49,440 nt of DNA from assembly GCA_003222845.1 (NCBI GenBank), contig QHXG01000166.1, positions 1-49,440 of the forward strand, written 5' to 3'. A model generated the notes under the pieces. It was given only the letters and a program-made list of their open reading frames with translations. It was not told where the DNA came from and did not search any database. The position numbers were made by a program, and so were the translations under genes. Below, piece after piece: positions 42,931 through 49,440 of this stretch (positions within the stretch are counted from its first letter, which is position 1; each line of letters starts with the position of its first letter). Origin of the DNA: Acidobacteriota bacterium. GTDB lineage: Bacteria > Acidobacteriota > Blastocatellia > Pyrinomonadales > Pyrinomonadaceae.

Positions 42931-44199
42931 ATGCTAGCGCAGTTCAAACATCTACGGCGTGTTGTCATCACTGGCATGGGTTGTGTCACGCCGATCGGGA
43001 TTGGAAGGGAAGCGTTTTGGTCGGCATTGCAACGCGGCGAAAGCGGCGTGCGACGGATCGAGTCGTTCGACGTTTCGAATTCGCCGGTGAAGATCGCTGC
43101 CTACGTGCGCGATTTCGATTGGCAGTCACAACTTGGTCCGAAAGATCGCAAACATGTGCCGCGCACAGTTCCGCTGGCTCTCGCGGCGGCGCGTGAAGCG
43201 TTTCAGGATGCAGGTATCGCTCCTACCGATCTGTCTCTGGAGGAACGACAGCAAATCGGCGTGGTGCTGGGAACAGGTGGGGGCGGGCTGCCATTCGTCG
43301 AGGATCATTACGCAATCTGGTATCAAGGCGGTTCGCATTCCAAGGCCAGTGTTTACATCATTCCCGCAGCGACCCACGGCACTCTATCAAGCGAGCTTTC
43401 GATGGCTTTTGGATTGCGCGGTCTCTCACACGTGATCTCGACCGGATGCACGAGTTCAACTGATGCCATTCATTATGCGGCTGAACACGTCGCGCTGGGC
43501 CGACAGGAGGTAATGATCGCAGGCGGGGTTGATGCGCCGCTGGCGCCGGGGATTCTCGCGGGATTCAATCTTCTGACCGTGCTCACCACCGACTGGAATG
43601 ATGAGCCGCATCGCGCTTCGCGCCCATTTACTCGTAATCGGTCGGGCATGGTGCTCGGCGAAGGCTCATGGATTTATGTGCTCGAAGAATTTGAACGCGC
43701 GAAGCACCGCGGCGCCAAAATATATGCGGAGATCATCGGTTACGGTTCGACGTGCGACGCTTATCATCGGGTGCGCTTACAGGAGGGCGGCGACGAACCA
43801 GCGCGCGCAATGACTCTGGCGATGAATGACGCCGGCATTGATCCAAGCGAAATCGATTACGTGAATCTGCACGGCACCTCGACGGTTCTCAATGACCGCA
43901 TCGAGACGAATGCGCTGAAGATCGCGCTCAACTGCGATTCCCACCGCATTCCCATGTCGGCAACCAAGTCACAGGTCGGTCATCCGCAGGGCGCAAGTGG
44001 AGCGGCGGGTTTGGCCGCCGCTTTGTGCGCCATGCAGACGGGAGTAATTCCGCCAACGATCAATCTCGACGAGCCCGACCCCGATTGCGATCTCGATTAC
44101 GTTCCCATCGAAGCCCGTGATGCGAAGGTGCGCACAGCCTTGTGCAACTGCATCGGCTTTGGATCGAAGAACAGCGCGCTGGTGGTCCGACGAGTGTGA
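42931..44199 (+). CDS. beta-ketoacyl-ACP synthase II-like condensing enzyme (KAS, Cys-His-His)
   Basis: 422 aa with 'VVITGMGCVTPIG', active-site 'STGCTSSTDAI', 'DAYH', 'NLHGTST' and 'KSQVGHPQGASG'. No ACP gene is adjacent. Confidence 0.8.
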   Translation: MLAQFKHLRRVVITGMGCVTPIGIGREAFWSALQRGESGVRRIESFDVSNSPVKIAAYVRDFDWQSQLGPKDRKHVPRTVPLALAAAREAFQDAGIAPTDLSLEERQQIGVVLGTGGGGLPFVEDHYAIWYQGGSHSKASVYIIPAATHGTLSSELSMAFGLRGLSHVISTGCTSSTDAIHYAAEHVALGRQEVMIAGGVDAPLAPGILAGFNLLTVLTTDWNDEPHRASRPFTRNRSGMVLGEGSWIYVLEEFERAKHRGAKIYAEIIGYGSTCDAYHRVRLQEGGDEPARAMTLAMNDAGIDPSEIDYVNLHGTSTVLNDRIETNALKIALNCDSHRIPMSATKSQVGHPQGASGAAGLAAALCAMQTGVIPPTINLDEPDPDCDLDYVPIEARDAKVRTALCNCIGFGSKNSALVVRRV

Positions 44200-44208
44200 A
44201 GATATGTC

Positions 44209-44298
44209 CGCAGATTACGCAGATTTCACCGATTGGCGTAAGAGATAAAGCCCATTAACATCGCTTAAATTTTTATCAGTTAATCTGTGTAATCAGCG
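44209..44298. repeat. inverted repeat with ~9-nt periodic arms between the KAS and methyltransferase genes
   Basis: 'cgcagattacgcagatt' (44209-25) pairs with 'aatctgtgtaatcagcg' (44282-98), 15/17 complementary. Confidence 0.6.
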
Positions 44299-44313
44299 AA
44301 ATCGGCGGATATC

Positions 44314-44961
44314 ATGCTGGAAAAGTTCCGTCAACGCAGTTACGAACTCGAACATCTCGACAAGGGCGATTACACGCCGGAAGAATACGAAGGCTGCATA
44401 GTCGAGTTGCAGTGGGTAAATGAATGGCTGGGCGATGCGAGCGCGCTGCGTCATTCACTGCTGAAAGAGATTGCCCGTGCGAAATTGAAATCATTTTCAG
44501 TTCTTGACGTCGGCGCTGGATCGGGCGAGCTGTTGCGGGTTGCGGCGAAGTGGGCGCGGGAAACGGATCGCAAAGCATCATTGGTCGGTCTGGAGTTGAA
44601 TGCGCGATCCGCGAAGTCGATTATCGAAGAGTCTCGCGAGTTTCCTGAAATCGCTTCAGTGCAGGCAGACGGCTTCGCGATTCCCTTTTCACCCGAGGCG
44701 TTTGATTATGTGATTCAGTCGCTGACGCTGCACCATTTTGATGATGAAGGCGCGGTTAGGATTCTGCGCGAAATGAATCGGGTGGCGAAGCGTGGCCTCT
44801 TCGTAATCGATCTGCATCGTAACCCGATCGCATATTTTCTCTATACGACGGTCGGTCATCTGTTTTTGCACAATCGGCTGATACGTGAAGACGGCGCGTT
44901 GTCGATTCTGCGGAGCTTCAAGCCGGATGATGGAAGAGATTGGATGGAAGGCAAATCTTGA
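44314..44961 (+). CDS. class I SAM-dependent methyltransferase
   Basis: 215 aa with motif I 'VLDVGAGSGEL', plus 'LTLHHF' and 'GLFVIDLHR'. Confidence 0.8.
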   Translation: MLEKFRQRSYELEHLDKGDYTPEEYEGCIVELQWVNEWLGDASALRHSLLKEIARAKLKSFSVLDVGAGSGELLRVAAKWARETDRKASLVGLELNARSAKSIIEESREFPEIASVQADGFAIPFSPEAFDYVIQSLTLHHFDDEGAVRILREMNRVAKRGLFVIDLHRNPIAYFLYTTVGHLFLHNRLIREDGALSILRSFKPDDGRDWMEGKS

Positions 44962-45055
44962 TTGGGTCAAAGTTGAGAAACATTTTCCCTCGCGTTTGGT
45001 GCTAAGTGCTGGTAATGCAGGCTCACAATAAGGCTTCTAGTGGAACGTTCGTATT

Positions 45056-45212
45056 CCCTCTCCCAAAGAGAGAGGGCCGGGGTGAGGGCTTAGCGAGCGA
45101 GCATTGAAACAAATTTCCTTTGCCTGTCTAAACTTAGTCAGGCGAAGGAAGGAGACTAAAAAGGTTGGGTTTCGCTAAGCCCTCACCCTTACCCTCTCCC
45201 AAAGAGAGAGGG
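45056..45212. repeat. composite REP-like palindrome ending 12 nt before the next start codon
   Basis: The self-palindromic unit 'ccctctcccaaagagagaggg' occurs at 45056-76 and 45192-212. Inner 16-bp perfect arms 'ggtgagggcttagcga' (45081-96) pair with 'tcgctaagccctcacc' (45172-87). Confidence 0.85.
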
Positions 45213-45223
45213 GACATTGCAAC

Positions 45224-46417
45224 ATGAGCGCCTCATTCGATTATGACGTAATCATTGCCGGTGGCGGACCGGCGGGTTCCAGCGCGGCGATTCATCTGGC
45301 GACGCGCGGCGCGCGCGTGTTGTTGGCAGAGCAAAAGAAATTTCCGCGCGCGAAGCTTTGCGGTGAATTCATCTCGCCGGAATGCGCGCTTCACTTTGAG
45401 AGACTAGGGATCGTCGATCAGATCTTTTCGGCGCGGCCAGCTCGCTTGACCGAAACAGTTTTCTATTCCCGCCGCGGCAAAAGCGTTAGCGTGCCGAGCG
45501 CGTGGTTCGGAGCCAACGGGGTCGCGCTTGGGCTCAGTCGCGCTGAAATGGATGCACGTCTGCTGCGTCGTGCCGGCGATGCCGGTGCGCATGTCCTCGA
45601 AGACGCGCAAGTAACCAATTTACTATTCGATGACGCAGCGGTTAGGGGGGTCGTCGTGAAGCAAGGTGGGCGCGAATCCCGCTATCACGCGCCCGTAACG
45701 CTCGATGCAACGGGACGTACTCGAGCGCTGGCGCGGCGTGCAGAGCGTAACGGAACGAAACTTCATCGCGCGCCATTAGTCGCCTTCAAAGCTCATTTTG
45801 CTGATACGACCGTCGCGGCTGGCGCCTGCGAGATCTATTTTTATCGTGGCGGTTACGGTGGGTTGAGCAGCATCGAAAACGGCCTTAGCAATCTATGTTT
45901 CATCGCTTCGGCTCGAGACGTGCGCGCCTGTGGCGCCGACGCTGAACGAGTAGTGCGCGAAGTCGTTTGCCAAAACCAGCGCGCCGCCAAAACGCTGCGA
46001 AACGCGAAGGCCCAAACTCCGTGGCTGGCGGTCACCCTCGAGAAATTCGGCCGGCATAAGCTGTCGCCGGCAAAGGGATTGCTCACGATCGGAGATGCTG
46101 CTTCATTCATCGACCCATTCACCGGCAGCGGAATGCTGATGGCTCTGGAGAGCGGTGAGTTGGCGGCGAATGTCATTTCCAATCATTTAAGCGGATCGGT
46201 GAAAGATATCGATGAACTCAGCGCGAAGTATAAAGCTGCGTATAAACAAAGGTTTGATTCACGACTAAGAGTCTGTTCGCTAATGCGGCGGGCTGCTTTC
46301 ACTCCCGGGATCGCGGCGATCGCGATTCGTGTGTTTGGACTGAGCGACCATGTTCGTCACGTCATCGCCCGCGGAACTAGACGCCCGTCCAAAGCAAATG
46401 TGGCTTCATTAGATTAA
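45224..46417 (+). CDS. FAD-dependent oxidoreductase, geranylgeranyl-reductase/halogenase-like family
   Basis: 397 aa with dinucleotide fold 'YDVIIAGGGPAGSSAAIHLA' and 'LTIGDAASFIDPFTGSGM'. Confidence 0.8.
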   Translation: MSASFDYDVIIAGGGPAGSSAAIHLATRGARVLLAEQKKFPRAKLCGEFISPECALHFERLGIVDQIFSARPARLTETVFYSRRGKSVSVPSAWFGANGVALGLSRAEMDARLLRRAGDAGAHVLEDAQVTNLLFDDAAVRGVVVKQGGRESRYHAPVTLDATGRTRALARRAERNGTKLHRAPLVAFKAHFADTTVAAGACEIYFYRGGYGGLSSIENGLSNLCFIASARDVRACGADAERVVREVVCQNQRAAKTLRNAKAQTPWLAVTLEKFGRHKLSPAKGLLTIGDAASFIDPFTGSGMLMALESGELAANVISNHLSGSVKDIDELSAKYKAAYKQRFDSRLRVCSLMRRAAFTPGIAAIAIRVFGLSDHVRHVIARGTRRPSKANVASLD

Positions 46418-46656
46418 CCGGCAAAACGCTCGTTCCCTTAAGAAATCCTTGCCAAGCGGCGAGTTTTCCTGTAAAAACGGCGTGCGTTTGAATCTCGCAC
46501 ATCGCAGGATTCCTTTTTGATTGATTAGGCTGGCAACGCGATGAAAGCCGGCGCCTGGCAGCATTCATGTCTTCCCAAATTCACCGCGCGCGGGTCGCGC
46601 CGGAGATTCAACAGCGTTCAGAATTTCCAAATGTAATTCGGAGAGGAGAAACGACA

Positions 46657-49440
46657 ATGGTGTTTTCCCCCAAGCAGTGGCTCAGAATATCAGCACGGAT
46701 CTTGTTAGTTGGCTTAGCGATATTCACGTTTGTTACCGCAGCGATGTCGCAAGCCCAATCGAACGCGGCAGATTTGCAGGGGGTCGTGCGCGATCCAAAG
46801 GGCGCAGTAGTAACTAATGCGACTGTCACGGCGCGAAATATAGCAACGAACGTGTCCCGCGAGGCGACGACTAATGACGACGGCTTTTACAAGATAGTCA
46901 ATCTCGCACCGGGTGATTACGAAATCACGGTTAGCGTCAGCGGTTACAAGACAGCGGTGATTCAAGCCGTTAATCTGACCGTCGGCCAAACTGCGAATCA
47001 GGATATCGCTTTGGAAGTCGGTGATATTACCGCCAGAGTGACGGTGACTACTGCTGCCCCGAACGTCGTCGAAACTACGAACACCGCGGTGTCTTCAACG
47101 ATCGATCGACAACGAATCGAGAATCTCCCGATTAACGAACGGAACTATCTTTCGTTTGCGTTAACTTCATCGATGGTCGGTCGTGACAACGGCAGACCGA
47201 TCGGACCGGCGCCGACTTCAGGCTTGAATTTCGGCGGCCAGCGCGGTCGTTCCAACCTGGTTCAGGTTGACGGCGCCGACAACACGGATAATTCAGTAAA
47301 CGCGGCGCGCTCTACGGTCAGTCAGGAAGCCGTGCAGGAGTTTCAGGTAGTCACCAACTCCTTTGCGCCTGAATTTGGCCGCTCATCGGGCGGAGTCGTG
47401 AATGTTGTGACCAAGAGCGGCACGAATGATTGGCGCGGCAACCTCTTTGGCTTCCTGCGCCACAAGAGTTTTCAGGCGCGCAACCCATTCGCGCCCATCA
47501 CTAAGCCGCCCTTTACGCGCGCGCAGTATGGCGCCACACTCGGCGGGCCATTGCTCAAGGATCGCACGTTCATCTTCGTCTCTTTTGAGCAACGTCAGCG
47601 TCATGAGTCCGGCTTTTTTACGAGCAACGTCTCTCAGGGTTTGACTGGGTCCGTGACGCTCCCACCTCTCGCTCCGGGCTTTCCGAGTCAGACGCTTAGA
47701 AATGTCACACCAGCCCAGGCAGCCTACATTAATGGTTTGCTGGCTAATTCGGCCACCGCACCACTCGGGATCGCCTATGCATACCTTGCTTCGGGCGGCG
47801 GAAGCACGGCGCTGACCGGGTTCAATCCTTTACTTGCAACCGGGGCGCCGTTTACGCCCGGTACTATTATTGGGAGCCGTTTTTTTCTTAGCGGCGCTCC
47901 GATTCCTTTGAGTACCGCAAACAGCCAAGGCCAATTGATCGCGTTTCGGCCCTTGCAATCGCTCCAAACAGTTTTTCCGGTTACTGACAAGACTACTTTC
48001 AATTCATTTCGTTTGGATCATTTGATCACGAAAGAACATCACCTCTCGTTTCGCTTTGGATATAACCCGAGCACGACGACGGGCATTCAGGTTGAATCGC
48101 AAAACCAATCGCTGGGCCAGAACGATGTTTCGCGGACGGGAATTCAAAAGCTGAAGGATTATGCGGCCGTGGCCACGCTGGCTTCGACGCTCTCCAGCAA
48201 GACGGTCAACGAATTGCGGTTCAACTTTGGCGAGCGCCGCGCCTTGTTCAAATCACAGAACGGTGACGCGGTGGCTTTCAATATCTCAGGAACGGCATTC
48301 ATCGGCCGCGAATTATTCTCGCCGGTAATTCGCACCGAAACTCGCTACGAATGGACCGATAACTTAAATATTCTGGTCGGGAATCACACCTTCAAGTTCG
48401 GAGGAGATTACGCTTCGGTAAATATTCCATCTGCTGTTTTTGAATTGAACTTTGCGGGCCTCTTCAATTTCGGCGGCTTGGGTGGCTGCACCTTGGTGGC
48501 GCAACTTTGTTCTCCTGGACTTCCCACGCCACCCGACTTTACGCCCGTCCAACAATACGGCCTTGGATTCCCGATTAACTTCATTCAGGGCTACGGTAAT
48601 CCAGTCAGCCGGATTAGCAACAAACCGATGGCCTGGTTCGCGCAGGACTCTTGGAAGATTCGGCGCAATGTGACCTTTAACTATGGAGTCCGCTATGACT
48701 ACGAGTTGACGCAGCAGGTTGCGCCGGTTGGTTTTCGCGATCCGTTGTCGGGCATCAACCTCTCCGCGAGCGACATATTGGCCGCACAGGATGCGGTCAA
48801 TGTGCAGCAGGGACTTCCGCGCGACAAGAACAACTTTGCGCCACGGCTAGGTCTCGCCTGGGATATTAAAGGCGACGCGAAAACCGTCGTGCGCGCAGCC
48901 GCGGGAATGTTCTACGATCACCCGCTGTTGGCGATTGCCTTTAACTCAGATATCGCCGATGCGGCGCAACAACAACAGGGCATTCTCACCCCGGGCAGTC
49001 CTGATCCGCGATCTTTGGTGAATGCCGTGCAAGTCTTTCAGGGTACGGTGGTCGTATGCAATTTCGCGGGCGCGATTCCCGGTGTTAATTGCACGCCGGG
49101 AGTTGCTCCGACCGCGCAATATCAGACCGGGCGACAGCGCTTCAATGACCAGACGTTTCCAGGATTTGGTCCGGTACTGCCATTCACTGTACCAGTCAAC
49201 AAAGACTTCAAATACGCCTACGCCAATCAGGCCAATTTGACGATCGAGCGGCAGTTAACCAAGGACATGTCGATCTCGGCCGGTTATCTTTTTGTCGGCG
49301 CGCATCATCTGCCACATCCCCTCGACGTCAATGCGCCGCGAACAGATTTGCAGATCCAGAACTTTCAACGGTACGCGAACCGCCTGCCCACGACCACGAC
49401 GGAAGCCCTGCTTGTCGGCGGCACTTGCCCCGGACCGACT
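46657..49440 (+). CDS. TonB-dependent receptor with N-terminal carboxypeptidase-regulatory-like domain (5' partial, runs off the window)
   Basis: This gene is not in the ORF track because it has no stop within the window. ATG 46657 follows GGAGAGGAG, and the frame is open for 928 codons to 49440. It has a signal peptide, 'LQGVVRDPKGAVVTNATVTARN..DGFYKIVNLAPGDYEITV' (CarboxypepD_reg), and a plug 'NLPINERNYLSF..GGQRGRSN..VDGADN'. Confidence 0.85.
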   Translation, partial: MVFSPKQWLRISARILLVGLAIFTFVTAAMSQAQSNAADLQGVVRDPKGAVVTNATVTARNIATNVSREATTNDDGFYKIVNLAPGDYEITVSVSGYKTAVIQAVNLTVGQTANQDIALEVGDITARVTVTTAAPNVVETTNTAVSSTIDRQRIENLPINERNYLSFALTSSMVGRDNGRPIGPAPTSGLNFGGQRGRSNLVQVDGADNTDNSVNAARSTVSQEAVQEFQVVTNSFAPEFGRSSGGVVNVVTKSGTNDWRGNLFGFLRHKSFQARNPFAPITKPPFTRAQYGATLGGPLLKDRTFIFVSFEQRQRHESGFFTSNVSQGLTGSVTLPPLAPGFPSQTLRNVTPAQAAYINGLLANSATAPLGIAYAYLASGGGSTALTGFNPLLATGAPFTPGTIIGSRFFLSGAPIPLSTANSQGQLIAFRPLQSLQTVFPVTDKTTFNSFRLDHLITKEHHLSFRFGYNPSTTTGIQVESQNQSLGQNDVSRTGIQKLKDYAAVATLASTLSSKTVNELRFNFGERRALFKSQNGDAVAFNISGTAFIGRELFSPVIRTETRYEWTDNLNILVGNHTFKFGGDYASVNIPSAVFELNFAGLFNFGGLGGCTLVAQLCSPGLPTPPDFTPVQQYGLGFPINFIQGYGNPVSRISNKPMAWFAQDSWKIRRNVTFNYGVRYDYELTQQVAPVGFRDPLSGINLSASDILAAQDAVNVQQGLPRDKNNFAPRLGLAWDIKGDAKTVVRAAAGMFYDHPLLAIAFNSDIADAAQQQQGILTPGSPDPRSLVNAVQVFQGTVVVCNFAGAIPGVNCTPGVAPTAQYQTGRQRFNDQTFPGFGPVLPFTVPVNKDFKYAYANQANLTIERQLTKDMSISAGYLFVGAHHLPHPLDVNAPRTDLQIQNFQRYANRLPTTTTEALLVGGTCPGPT

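Overview
This 49.4-kb GC-rich chromosomal segment is most consistent with an Acidobacteriota genome, a taxonomic guess I could not test by search. The clues are paired VWFA-related secreted proteins, a CarboxypepD_reg-type TonB-dependent receptor and dense REP-like palindromes. About 45 protein genes are supportable, and I saw no rRNA, tRNA or CRISPR array by eye. The housekeeping backbone includes phhB, a Bacillus-like fadN-fadA-fadE beta-oxidation operon with a FadR-box-like operator, aroA-aroK, rtcB, a CPA1 antiporter, murA, a HIT protein, an HtrA protease, prmC, carD, a CNNM/HlyC transporter and an RsbW plus two RsbV module. Several things stand out. (1) A four-gene minus-strand cluster (6099-9539) encodes a very Met-rich outer-membrane-barrel-like protein, a Cys/His/Met anchor protein and two exported metallothionein-like CC-doublet peptides. 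I cannot map it to any known metal system, and it is my best candidate for an undescribed system. (2) Two adjacent genes that the ORF track splits are really selenoprotein genes with an in-frame UGA: a GrdB-family protein and a peroxiredoxin with Sec at the peroxidatic position. (3) The thiolase of the fad operon is interrupted by TGA exactly at the catalytic Cys codon, with five adjacent residues missing. (4) A tightly coupled pair encodes a TIR-like protein with a C-terminal TM helix and a DUF3368 PIN-like protein. (5) A RecQ-helicase-PRTase fusion overlaps (ATGA) a DprA-like gene, resembling PsyrTA/ShosTA, and the DprA-like gene appears frameshifted. (6) There are many unrelated palindromic intergenic elements, including a peculiar class whose arms are degenerate tandem heptamers, plus a degenerate RayT-like HUH transposase. 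All calls come from reading the sequence and ORF translations. No database search or folding computation was run.
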